Source: a virus
IMG/VR virus record: IMGVR_UViG_3300045974_000806
Span: 46,272 to 110,271 of that record
DNA length: 64,000 nucleotides
Reading direction: 5' to 3' (one strand)
Every line of letters begins with the position of its first letter. The stretch's first letter is position 1. The notes under the pieces were generated by a model, which was given only the letters and a program-made list of their open reading frames with translations, searched no databases and was not told the DNA's origin. The position numbers and the translations under genes are program-made. This document shows, one piece after another, positions 47,601-55,983 of this stretch.

Positions 47601-50600
47601 TCACGCAGTCCCCGGTGACCCATCCGGCCCCCACGCCCCTGGCGGTGGCCGCCATTCCGGAGAAGAAGTGGGGCGTGGTGGGTTCCACCGCGTTCCGGAA
47701 TTGGTTCGGGGACTGGACGGTGGGCCAAGGGTCCAAGGTGGTGAACGCGGACAACACGCCGGCGGAGCAGCACGGAGCCAAGCCGGCAACCATGTTCCAC
47801 GGCACCGCGGTGGGCGGGTTCACGGAGTTCCGGAAGGACAAGGACAAGGGCACCAACATCTTTGGGCACGGCTTCTACTTCACGGCGGACAAGGGCATTG
47901 CCAAGTCCTACACGGAGAAGGATGCCAATGAGGCCAAGGCCGCCGCCACGGGTTTCTTGGACAAGGAAGGCGAGCCCATCACGCACCTGACCAAGAAGCA
48001 GGCCGCGGAACTGGCGGAGAAGGCCGCGGGCAACGCCAACCCCAACTGGGACTACAACATCCTGCACGCGGTGAAGGCCGCCGCGGAGCCGGACGGCCGC
48101 GTCAATGTGGCCACCCTGTTGAAGGAGTTCTGGAACCCCACCGGAGTGGAGACGGACGGCGGCTACAAGCAGCCCAAGCGTGAAGTGATGCCCATGGGCG
48201 GCGTGCGCTTGGTGGGCGGCATCCAGGGCCTCTTTGGGAAGAACCGCGCCGGTGAATACCACGTCAAGCCGGTCATTCCGGAGTCCCAGGTCTTTGAGGT
48301 GTACCTCAACATCCGGAACCCGGTGGACATGGACAAGGCCATGACCCGCGCGGACTTTGCGGAGTACGCGGCGTTCACGCACCGGCGTGCGTTGGAGCGT
48401 CTGAACAAGGAGTTGGAGCAGGACAAGGCCCGCGTGGAGACGAAGCGCGGGGAGATGGCGTCCGCCAAGGTGAAGCTGGCCGCGCTGGCCCCCACGCCCC
48501 CGCAGCCTACGGAGATGCGGGTTCCGGAAGGCAAGCGGAAGGCCGTCCCCATGCCGGTGGAGGAGTGGACCGGTGAGATGCGCCGGGCGATTGATGACCC
48601 CACGCATGGACAGCACGCAATGGCCCAGGCGTTTGCTTCCTGGGAGCACGCAAAGAACGAACGGGAGTTCCTGTCCCAGGCCGCGGCCGGGGAGGGCTAT
48701 GACGGGTTCAACAACGCGGTGGCGCATTCCGTCCGCACCCAGGCCCGCATTGATGCCGTCCGGCGTGAGGTTCCCGGGGAGTTCCTGCACGGCGTGCAGA
48801 TGGATGACGTGGCCCCGCGTGAGCACCGCCTCTCAGACCAAAGTGAGAGCGCCGCCAGCTATGATGACTTTGTGGCGGTGAAGCGCAGCATCAAGGGGGA
48901 CCGCACCAAGCCGGAGATGGTCACCTACGGCGGCACGTCCCGCGCCCGGGCCGGCATCCTCTACGTGGGGGAGCAGAAGCCGGGCGCCATCACCTGGGGT
49001 GAGATGCATTGGTTGATGTCCAACGGGCATGAGGCGTCCAGCCCGCGCGCGGACTTCGACGAGTGGGCGCGCGCCACGGGAAAGGATGGCGTTCACCACA
49101 CCGGCGGATGGAACATTGGCACCCACGCGCATGACGTGTGGATTGCGTTTGAACCCAACCAGATCAAGTCCTCCACGGCCAACACCACGTTTGACCCGGC
49201 CTCCAATGACATGGAGAAGGCCGGCCCTTACGTTGGCCCGCACGGCGGGCTTTGGGCGGACCCCAAGCACACCATCCATTGGTCCGCGGTCCCGCACTGG
49301 GCGCAGAAGATGGCCGCCAGCCACGCCGCGGAGATCAAGCCACACCCCACGGACCCGCACAGCCTGGAAGTGGCCGTGCCGGTGAAGCACGCTCCGGAAC
49401 TGGGCTACCAGCAGGGCCAGCACGCGGTGCCCCACAACGTGAAGCTGTCCGCGGACCTCAAGCAGGCCACGTTGCAGGTCCCCGCCCTCCCGGTGGCGCC
49501 GGACGTTCAGGCGCTTGGACGTCCAGACGTCCAGACGCCCGCCCCGGCTCCCACGCCCCCGCCTGCCCCTGTGGCACCGCCCCCGCCGCCCGCGCCCCTG
49601 GCCGGCGTGGCGCCCACGGGCAAGCCCAAGCGCAAGGGCATCACCGTGGCCCAGTTGGATATGTTTGCGCCCGCTCCGGCTGCGACGGCTCCCGTCGCAC
49701 CGGTGGTGCAGGCGCCGGCAACCCCTGCTACGGTCCCACCCGCACCTGGGCTGGACCGTCCGCCGGCGAACCCCCCCTCACCGGCGCCGGACCCGGCCCA
49801 GGCGCACCAACCCCCCAAAGAGTCTGAACCCGGATGGGACCGCATGCCGGACCCGGTTCCGGAAGCGGCACCCGCGGAGCCCATGTGGGAACCGGACACG
49901 CGCAAGCCGACGCTCACCCAGGCCGGCCTGGACACCATGGTGCGCACCGCGGTGGGCCTGGACGCTCCCGCGGCCCGCGCGCTGATGGTTTTCAGCACGT
50001 CCGACGACCCGCACCTGTCCGTGGTGGCCACCCGCATCTCCATGGGCACCAAGGGCATGACCACCTCTTTTGGGACGGACTACGACAAGCCGGAGGCCCT
50101 GGGCGCCCTGGTGGCGCAAGGGCTGGTGGAGCCGGCCCATGAGAAGCGCGGCGCCACGGACTACCAGCAGTGGCGCCTCACGCCCGCCGGCAAGGCCGCC
50201 CGCGCCGCGGTGGAAGCGGAACGCCAGCGCATGACCGCCGCCCAGGTGGCGGCCACCACGCCCGTGCGCCCGCCCCAGGCTCCGGAAGGTCCCGGGGACC
50301 GCCGCTTGCCCAAGGCCCCCGCCGGCCCGGTGGCGGCGCCGGACATCACGCGCATGACGGTGGACCCCAAGGCCAAAGGCCCGCCCGGCATGACCCCGTT
50401 TGGGATTGCCGCGGCGGACGCCCTGGCGGTGAAGCAGGGACAGCCCCCGCCCAGCGCCGGATTCGACCCCCAGGCCGCGTTCGCGGAAGCGGAGCGGATG
50501 CGCACGGCCCCTGCCACGGTTCCGGAACCCGCCCCGGCCCCCGTGAAGCCGCAACCTGGGCAGCCCGGCGCGCACGTGAAGGTGACCGTGAACCAAGGCC

Positions 50601-53600
50601 AGCGCCCGGCCAAGATCCTGGCCCGCCTGGGGGACAACGTGCTGCTGGAATACACCATGCCGGCCGGCACCACGGGCCTGCTGGTGATGGATGCCGCTCC
50701 GGACGGGAGCCTGAAGCCCAGCAAGGCGGACGCGCCGTCCTACCGGACCTGCCCCAAGAAGTGGCTCCAAGCCATCCAGGCCGCCGGCCAGGAATGGGAC
50801 GGCACCGCCCAGCGCGGGAACGTGTCCTTCACGGACGCCCTGGACCGGGCCGGCCTCACCCCGAAGAAGGGTCCGGATGGTTGGGACCGCATGCCGGAGG
50901 GGCGCATCACCAGCCAGTCCCAGCTTGACCCCAACAAGCGGTATTCCGGATGGACCATGATCGAGGCGGGCACCAAGGCCGCTCCGGAAACCCGGTGGGT
51001 CATCCAGCGCACCATGCCGGGGACCGCTTTCCTGGGAGAGGGTGGCAACGCGTTTCTGGTGCGGGACACCCCCATGGAACACGGCTACGTGGCCCTGTTT
51101 CCGGAAGGGATGGACCCCAACAAGCCGCGCGCCGCGGCCCAGGCGCCCGCCCAGGCCGCGCCGGCCCCGGCCCCCACCCCACCGCCGCCCCCGGCCCCGG
51201 AACCGCCGCCTGAGCCCACCCAGGCCGTTCCGGAAGCACCCCCGGAGGTGCCCGCGGCCATGGCCCCCTCACCCACCCGGACGGAGGCGGAGAACAAGCA
51301 GCGCGCCATGGCGGTGGGCGCGCACATCGCAGGCAGCAAAAAGGACCAAGCGGACCTCCGCAACAAGGTGGCCGCTGGCCGCCTGGATGAAGTGAGTTAC
51401 GCGGACGCGGCCAAGTTCCTGAAGAAGGAAAGCCTGATGCCCGTGATGGACGAGGCGCACTTTGAAAGCCTGGGCGCCACGCCCGGAGCCGCGCACATGG
51501 GCCTTGCCTTGGCGGCCCTGGTGGGCGCCAAGCCCCCGGACAGTGACGCCGGCCGGAAAGCGTACATTGAGGGCGTGCGGCTGGTGGCCGGTGGCATTGC
51601 CAAGCTGCGCACCGTGGCGGACGCGGACGGCTTCCGCCAGGAAGTTCTGGACATGGCGAACAACGCGGGCCGGCACGTGCGGCCCATGACCGCGGAGGAA
51701 CAGGCGCTGCTGGCGTCATTCCACCACCCGGACAGGCCGTATGAGGCCCGCCTCCGGATGAACCGCTACCTGATCGAACAGGCGGCCCCCGGGGAGGCAA
51801 TCCGGAGCATGCGCCAGAAGGACGACGGCCCCCTGGAAGTCTATTGGCTGGACCGGAGCGAGATGGAATCCGTCCATGACGTCTTCCGCGCCCTGGGACC
51901 CCGGTTCATTGCGGGCCTGGACCTGCCCATTGGCACCCGCGGTGAGTTCGGGAGCCGCAAGCGCGCCATGTTTGACCGGGACACCCAGTACGGGAAGGCC
52001 AAGGCCGTGGCCCTCAAGGCGGACGCCGTGGGTTGGGATGCCTGGAAAGCCGCCCAGGCCGCGGTGTCCAAGGACCCTGGCGCGGGCAAGTCCAAGGAGA
52101 AGAGCGCCATCCGGACGCGCTGGGAGAAGAGCCCCAGCGGCACCGTGACGATTGTGGGCGCCAAGAAGATGGTGGACGTGGGCGACCCGGAACGCTTGAA
52201 GGCCGTCCTGGGCGCGGCGGGCATCCAGCGCGGTGAGTCCCTGACCGGTGGCCAAGGTGCGTCTGACTTTGCCCACCACGTGAAGCACATGGAGGTGGCC
52301 GCCTATGACTTGGCGGACATCCTGGGCGTGGAGCCAAAGACACTGAGCCTGAGCGGCCGGCTGGCCGTGGCCATTGCGGCCCGCGGCAGCGGGAAGGCCC
52401 TGGCACACTTTGAAGCCAACGCGCGGGATGCGGACGGCAACCCCATCAAGGCCATCAACATCACCCGGCACGCCGGCGCGGGAAGCGTGGCCCATGAATG
52501 GGGGCACTTCATGGACAACGTGATGGCGGAGGCCCACGGCGGCGCCAACACGTCATCCACCGGCGCCTACGCCAGCGAGGGTGCCGGCCTTTCCGGAATG
52601 GGCTCGGAAGTGGCCACCGCCTTCCGCGGTGTGCGTGAGGCGCTCAACAAGCCGGACTGGGACAGCCGGATGAAGAACGCCCGGGAGCGCACCTCCAAGA
52701 TGGCGGAACTGAAGGGGCGTTCGGAGGACATCAACCGGGAGTTGGCGGCGCTCTACAAGACGGCGCCCGCTAAGGACGGCGTTCCGGATGCGGCGCGCGA
52801 GAAGCGCAAGCAGCGCCTGCTGTCAGAGCATGATGCGGTGCGGGAAGAGTTCGACGTGGTGAAGCGGATTGACCCGGACAAGTCCGACTACGCCAACCAC
52901 GCGTCCGTGCTGGATGACCACAAGCAGGGCAAATACTTCACGCGCGGTCGTGAGATGTTCTCGCGCGCGTTTGAAGCCTGGGTGCAGGACAAGCTGGAAG
53001 CGGACCAAGGCGGGCAGCGCCGGAACACCTATCTGGTGGACAGCACCAAGGGTGTGCAGTTCACCAACCACCACATGCCGGACGGTTCCTCCGCGCAGCC
53101 GTACCCCCAGGGTGAGGAGCGCACGCGCATTGGCGCGGCGTTTGAGAACCTGTTCGCCGCCCTCCGGAACACGGGCGCCCTGGCCAAGGCCATGCGCGCC
53201 ATGCAGTTCACCATCATGCCGGACGCCACGCTCCGGAAGAACGGCCTGTTGAATGACCCCGCGTCCCAAGCTGCTGGTGTTTCGTCTGCCGTGGGCGGCG
53301 TTGTGGTGGAGTCTGACCGCGGCCCTGGGAGGGGTCCCGGCGCTTCCATGCAAACGGCTTCAACCCCAGGTTCCCATGACCGTCCCATCGGGAGCCCCAC
53401 CGACGTAGCCGGCGTGCGGGAGTTCCTGCTCACCGGACAGCCGCGGACGTCCATCATCCGGCGTGACCCGCACGTCTATGAGTTCGACGCGGACAACATT
53501 GACTGGGTGCGGCCCATCAATCTGGAAGAGGGCGTGATGGCCACCAGCCATGACAGCCTGCAAGCCATTGAGCGGGACAACGTGGAACGCCAGACGCTGC

Positions 53601-53758
53601 AAACCACCCTGGTGCCACGCAACACGGTGAACCCGGGCTGGGCCTGGGATTCCGGAAAGTATCCGGACGCCAATGAGCAGGACCCGGTGCAGACCGGGAA
53701 GCCGGAGCCCACCGCGCGGCCCCAGGCCCCAAAGAAGAAGCCCACCAGCAGGTATTGA
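44693..53758 (+). CDS. giant polyvalent protein (3021 aa): Mu gpF-like head-morphogenesis domain with intein, InPase-like, ART-like and LPD1-like domains
   Basis: RIAITE..HPH[intein]CQC; YGEIVGTKGADGDPVDVF..DEDK; FRNWFG..FHGT..GFYFT..YLNIRNP..FEPNQIKS; AHEWGHFMD..EMFSRAFE..PYPQGEER. Confidence 0.82.
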   Translation: MPLLTARLIQEIKEIIRKHHTAFVANAFGKDVLPPEAVEKLRAAGLISQTQGSSLDDAYLYGQVMAQVEKPEVAEWSAAQVRSYAAQNPVPLTQVEREAVKTARLTGAEYCQGLGNVIEKQTGQLLIEADHALREDLQGKIADATAVNIAARGTVKALKTDLGWATQDWARNLDRIAITEKQNAMQQGVADGIRKRVGEEARVSIRCMPDACGACRAFSIGPDGAPRIYRLSQLGPPGSNVHRKQNAWVACVGAVHPHCHPAGTVVQTRRGRIPIETVVPGDMVLTHRGRWMPVSHTWASRYSGIMLRVRTESAVVDVTPEHPLFRSNGTTASAQNLQQGDNLLDLRLDGEPAPSVQGDADHGPSAPLERAHLARILFGLSPAGVPVAAVNFHGELFLWEGNVHQKRAHNEAWEPSHSDGAKRLMDEAFTGTFELTALGLKHLEDVPTGVPFATSGCMRSVGAGTTFLRAGPGVAEALGFPHPADDVSSTLQAEHHGPTGHPQPPGNLLYREQLVEVQVYKDRFINFAPVHHEPSVAFSAPTVRQAASIVNVSSNQFDGLVFNLTVPEDHSYTANGLASHNCQCQLVRLPVGWGYNAEGEMEPGGRFGVEVPEDEEEAEKAFRMEVEHREAMQKGGTLDFQGMPIRIEQDAGEVRHWRDRHGESGSTTMQHAYGEIVGTKGADGDPVDVFLGMNPNASHVYVVHQRKKRADGTFGGFDEDKAFLGFSSPEEAKAAYLLHYDNPEFFGGMSAVGLEDFRARVGAPGPLVGEPVHTPELTFTVALPESAADMAKAAVRPPAVPDMTFTLGKAFGQAAAGHKYIRRTYTKGHWVYEYAEQHGGHVSSHATDPDKVMLKVEPHHANALAALAEMHGIHPELVHGSTHVMLPLTHAQADSIHHGETGTPIPAAMLPTPALATVLPFPTPAQVAPVAPAPLAPTVAPAPAQVAPRARPAPAQQMGLFDTMPAAQAVTQSPVTHPAPTPLAVAAIPEKKWGVVGSTAFRNWFGDWTVGQGSKVVNADNTPAEQHGAKPATMFHGTAVGGFTEFRKDKDKGTNIFGHGFYFTADKGIAKSYTEKDANEAKAAATGFLDKEGEPITHLTKKQAAELAEKAAGNANPNWDYNILHAVKAAAEPDGRVNVATLLKEFWNPTGVETDGGYKQPKREVMPMGGVRLVGGIQGLFGKNRAGEYHVKPVIPESQVFEVYLNIRNPVDMDKAMTRADFAEYAAFTHRRALERLNKELEQDKARVETKRGEMASAKVKLAALAPTPPQPTEMRVPEGKRKAVPMPVEEWTGEMRRAIDDPTHGQHAMAQAFASWEHAKNEREFLSQAAAGEGYDGFNNAVAHSVRTQARIDAVRREVPGEFLHGVQMDDVAPREHRLSDQSESAASYDDFVAVKRSIKGDRTKPEMVTYGGTSRARAGILYVGEQKPGAITWGEMHWLMSNGHEASSPRADFDEWARATGKDGVHHTGGWNIGTHAHDVWIAFEPNQIKSSTANTTFDPASNDMEKAGPYVGPHGGLWADPKHTIHWSAVPHWAQKMAASHAAEIKPHPTDPHSLEVAVPVKHAPELGYQQGQHAVPHNVKLSADLKQATLQVPALPVAPDVQALGRPDVQTPAPAPTPPPAPVAPPPPPAPLAGVAPTGKPKRKGITVAQLDMFAPAPAATAPVAPVVQAPATPATVPPAPGLDRPPANPPSPAPDPAQAHQPPKESEPGWDRMPDPVPEAAPAEPMWEPDTRKPTLTQAGLDTMVRTAVGLDAPAARALMVFSTSDDPHLSVVATRISMGTKGMTTSFGTDYDKPEALGALVAQGLVEPAHEKRGATDYQQWRLTPAGKAARAAVEAERQRMTAAQVAATTPVRPPQAPEGPGDRRLPKAPAGPVAAPDITRMTVDPKAKGPPGMTPFGIAAADALAVKQGQPPPSAGFDPQAAFAEAERMRTAPATVPEPAPAPVKPQPGQPGAHVKVTVNQGQRPAKILARLGDNVLLEYTMPAGTTGLLVMDAAPDGSLKPSKADAPSYRTCPKKWLQAIQAAGQEWDGTAQRGNVSFTDALDRAGLTPKKGPDGWDRMPEGRITSQSQLDPNKRYSGWTMIEAGTKAAPETRWVIQRTMPGTAFLGEGGNAFLVRDTPMEHGYVALFPEGMDPNKPRAAAQAPAQAAPAPAPTPPPPPAPEPPPEPTQAVPEAPPEVPAAMAPSPTRTEAENKQRAMAVGAHIAGSKKDQADLRNKVAAGRLDEVSYADAAKFLKKESLMPVMDEAHFESLGATPGAAHMGLALAALVGAKPPDSDAGRKAYIEGVRLVAGGIAKLRTVADADGFRQEVLDMANNAGRHVRPMTAEEQALLASFHHPDRPYEARLRMNRYLIEQAAPGEAIRSMRQKDDGPLEVYWLDRSEMESVHDVFRALGPRFIAGLDLPIGTRGEFGSRKRAMFDRDTQYGKAKAVALKADAVGWDAWKAAQAAVSKDPGAGKSKEKSAIRTRWEKSPSGTVTIVGAKKMVDVGDPERLKAVLGAAGIQRGESLTGGQGASDFAHHVKHMEVAAYDLADILGVEPKTLSLSGRLAVAIAARGSGKALAHFEANARDADGNPIKAINITRHAGAGSVAHEWGHFMDNVMAEAHGGANTSSTGAYASEGAGLSGMGSEVATAFRGVREALNKPDWDSRMKNARERTSKMAELKGRSEDINRELAALYKTAPAKDGVPDAAREKRKQRLLSEHDAVREEFDVVKRIDPDKSDYANHASVLDDHKQGKYFTRGREMFSRAFEAWVQDKLEADQGGQRRNTYLVDSTKGVQFTNHHMPDGSSAQPYPQGEERTRIGAAFENLFAALRNTGALAKAMRAMQFTIMPDATLRKNGLLNDPASQAAGVSSAVGGVVVESDRGPGRGPGASMQTASTPGSHDRPIGSPTDVAGVREFLLTGQPRTSIIRRDPHVYEFDADNIDWVRPINLEEGVMATSHDSLQAIERDNVERQTLQTTLVPRNTVNPGWAWDSGKYPDANEQDPVQTGKPEPTARPQAPKKKPTSRY
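45671..46288 (-). CDS. HTH plus DUF559/Vsr-like endonuclease, antisense and fully nested in the intein
   Basis: VQEIARRLGVARGTVVLRL HTH; SPGE..FLVDIAF..KLAVEVDGGNWH..QDARK..LKRRGWSVVRI; RBS GGAGG 4 nt before ATG. Confidence 0.85.
   Translation of the reverse strand: MVYRREIDEAVLVDLHLNQLLPVQEIARRLGVARGTVVLRLERAGHVVRGMGEAQRLRNARSSPEERSARANAAHAARRGKRNSRGHILKVLQAQSGQLKSPGERLIHEALCAVGMAGLPGFIVGTFLVDIAFPQEKLAVEVDGGNWHASGRKAKQDARKMRALKRRGWSVVRITLDRRRGFSVQAEVQKVVTLLEVLRGSGGSV
46316..46344 (-). promoter_or_regulatory. promoter for the antisense endonuclease gene
   Basis: minus strand TTGACA (46344-46339)-N17-CACCGT (46321-46316). Confidence 0.65.
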
Positions 53759-53775
53759 CGTACACTCAGGACCCA

Positions 53776-54015
53776 ATGCGCTACCCTCAGTCGTTTGTGG
53801 AGTCTGGTTTGGTTGCTGTGCTCACCTTGGGCACACGGCGCGTCATGGTTGACGTTGCTGACTTGCCGGTGGTCACCCACCAGCGGTGGTGCGTGGATTC
53901 CACGGGCTACGCTGCGGCCGGGTTGCGGCTGGGTACGCGGTACTTGGGGTCATTCACGACGCTGGATGAGGCTGCCGCGGTAGCAGACGCCGCGCGGCAG
54001 GGGTGGTGCCTATGA
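53776..54015 (+). pseudogene. internally deleted HNH-AP2 endonuclease remnant
   Basis: VDVADLPVV..RW..STGYA (N-terminus of HNH-AP2 proteins) joined directly to the AP2 tail YLGSFTTLDEAAAVADAAR; no HNH motif. Confidence 0.55.
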
Positions 54016-54221
54016 GGTGCCCGCATTGTCGCAACCGCCTGTTGCAGAAGTCCGGAACCTCCACCCGCCTGCGTGTCAAAGGCGCGGTGGAGTTCGGCGC
54101 GGACGGCACCGCCAAGGCCCAGTGCTACTGGTGCAACCAGCGCGTGGACCTGCCCGTGCGGTTGGAGAAGTCCGCGGTGGATGAGGAGACGTTCCTGCTG
54201 ACGCAAAAGGCAGGTGCTTGA
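54012..54221 (+). CDS. Zn-ribbon protein, Mu Com-like
   Basis: MRCPHCRNRLL...AQCYWC. Confidence 0.6.
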   Translation: MRCPHCRNRLLQKSGTSTRLRVKGAVEFGADGTAKAQCYWCNQRVDLPVRLEKSAVDEETFLLTQKAGA

Positions 54222-54360
54222 CGGTTTTCCGGAAGATCCGCTACAACGTGAGGGATTCAGTAGGCCCGTTTGGGACTGCAAAGGTCCGGTAGGGGCAAAG
54301 CAAGCGAAGAGGCACCGCGCTGCAAAGCGTGGCCACCCTCCTAGCGGCTTTGCCCCTTTT
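54218..54360 (+). promoter_or_regulatory. promoter (TTGACG-N18-TACAAC) plus structured leader of the head operon
   Basis: two GCAA-loop hairpins; 11-bp stem AGGGGCAAAGC/GCTTTGCCCCT followed by a T run. Confidence 0.55.
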
Positions 54361-54377
54361 CCGTTTTGGAGCGTGTG

Positions 54378-55916
54378 ATGTCTGAGAGGCCGTTCCAGTT
54401 CTATGCCCCGCTCACCTTCTTTGAGAAGGGTGACGCGCCTGCCGGCCAGAAGCGCCGGATTGCCGGCATCATCTCCACGGAACTGCGTGACAAGCAGGGG
54501 GAGGTGCTGGTGCAGAAGGGCCTGGACTTTGGCCCCTTCCTGAAGACGGGATGGTTCAACGACAACCATTCCAAGCGCACCACGGACGTGCTGGGCTACC
54601 CCCAGGACGTGAAGCAGTTCCGGAAGGGTGCGGCCCTTCCGGATGGCAGCACCGCGCCGGCCAACCTGACCTGGGCGGAAGGCTACCTGTTGGAGACTCC
54701 GGAAGCGGACAAGGTGTGGTCCCTTGCCCAGGCCCTGCAAAAGGCCGGCGGGGACCGGCGCCTGGGCTACTCCGTGGAGGGCGGCATTGTGGAGCGCGCC
54801 GGCGCGGACCAAAAGACCGTGGTCAAGGCCGTCGTCCGGAACGTGGCCATCACCAACTGCCCAGTGGGTGAGCACACGCGCTTGGAGGCCCTGGCAAAGA
54901 GCCTGGAAGCGGCCCAGGAAGATGTGGACCGCGCGGAGAAGGGCCTGTCCATGGGCGCCCCCACGCCCGGCGTGAACCCGTCCGCGGCCGGCCCCACCAC
55001 CGGCGAGGGCGCCGGCAAGGTGCTCACGCCCGCCCACCTTGAGTCCGAAGAGGACGAGGAAGCGGCGGAGAAGAAGAAACCCCTCACCAAGTCTTCCGCG
55101 GTGGAGGCCATCCAGAACCGGCTGGCCTGTAACCGCACAACCGCGGAGAGAGCGTTCGCCGCCCTCTTCCAACCAAGGAGCAACACCATGACCGGTATCA
55201 ACCAGACCGAGTTGGAAAAGGGCCTGCGCCGCTTGGAGGCGTCCGCAAAGGCGCCCCAGGCCCGCGCAGCGGACCTGTTCAACAAGGCGCAGGACGGAAG
55301 CATCACTCCGGAAGAGCGGGAAGAACTCATCAAGTCCGTGTCCACGGACCTGGGCCAGCGCGCCACCAACGCCCTGGCGGAATCGGACACCATCAAGAAG
55401 TCCCTGGACGTCTCGGACTACCTGCGTGAGCAGCACCTGGGCGTTGTGACGGGCCTGGAAACCCTGGCCGGCCACATTGAGAAGAGCGAAGCACGGGACC
55501 AAGAGTTCCGGATTGCGCTGGCCTCCACCCTGTTCCAGATGGGTGAACTGGTGAAGTCCCAGGTGGCCAGGGCGGACACCGCGGAAGCCATGCTGAAGTC
55601 CGTCACGGAGCGCCTGGGCATCATCGCCGCCCAGCCCGCCCGCGGACCCAAGTCCGTGGCCGGCGCGCAGCACGCCGCGGCCAACAGCCAGGGGATGAAC
55701 AAGTCCTTTGCCGGCCAGCCCGCGGAAGGGGACCGCCTCTCCAAGGGCCAGATCAATGAGGCCCTGACGGAGATGCTGATGAAGGGCACGGACACGGTTG
55801 GGGGTGAGTCCCTCGTCCTGGCCGCAGCCAAGTACGAGTCCCTGAACGAGATCAGCCCGGACCTGTTCAAGGCCGTGGTGGACCACGTTCGCAGCGGGAA
55901 GACCAAGGCGGCCTGA
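54378..55916 (+). CDS. prohead protease fused to scaffold-like C-terminal domain
   Basis: RIAGIISTELRDKQGE..FNDNHS..LGYSVEG..VAITNCPV; helical C-terminal half; directly before the capsid gene. Confidence 0.85.
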   Translation: MSERPFQFYAPLTFFEKGDAPAGQKRRIAGIISTELRDKQGEVLVQKGLDFGPFLKTGWFNDNHSKRTTDVLGYPQDVKQFRKGAALPDGSTAPANLTWAEGYLLETPEADKVWSLAQALQKAGGDRRLGYSVEGGIVERAGADQKTVVKAVVRNVAITNCPVGEHTRLEALAKSLEAAQEDVDRAEKGLSMGAPTPGVNPSAAGPTTGEGAGKVLTPAHLESEEDEEAAEKKKPLTKSSAVEAIQNRLACNRTTAERAFAALFQPRSNTMTGINQTELEKGLRRLEASAKAPQARAADLFNKAQDGSITPEEREELIKSVSTDLGQRATNALAESDTIKKSLDVSDYLREQHLGVVTGLETLAGHIEKSEARDQEFRIALASTLFQMGELVKSQVARADTAEAMLKSVTERLGIIAAQPARGPKSVAGAQHAAANSQGMNKSFAGQPAEGDRLSKGQINEALTEMLMKGTDTVGGESLVLAAAKYESLNEISPDLFKAVVDHVRSGKTKAA

Positions 55917-55983
55917 AAGCCCGCCAAAACCAAACAGGCCGCCGGGATGACCCGGTGGAACGAACCCACAAGGAGATTCACAA

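Noticed and set aside
27570-48826. Long minus-strand ORFs (e.g. 27570-29558, 29577-32009, 32006-35278, 38411-41620, 46352-48826)
   Set aside because: Shadow frames of GC3-biased plus-strand genes; no recognisable motifs, unlike the 45671-46288 ORF.
54270-54360. c-di-GMP-I riboswitch (GCAAA words present)
   Set aside because: I could not fit the two-stem consensus by eye; kept only as an unassigned structured leader.
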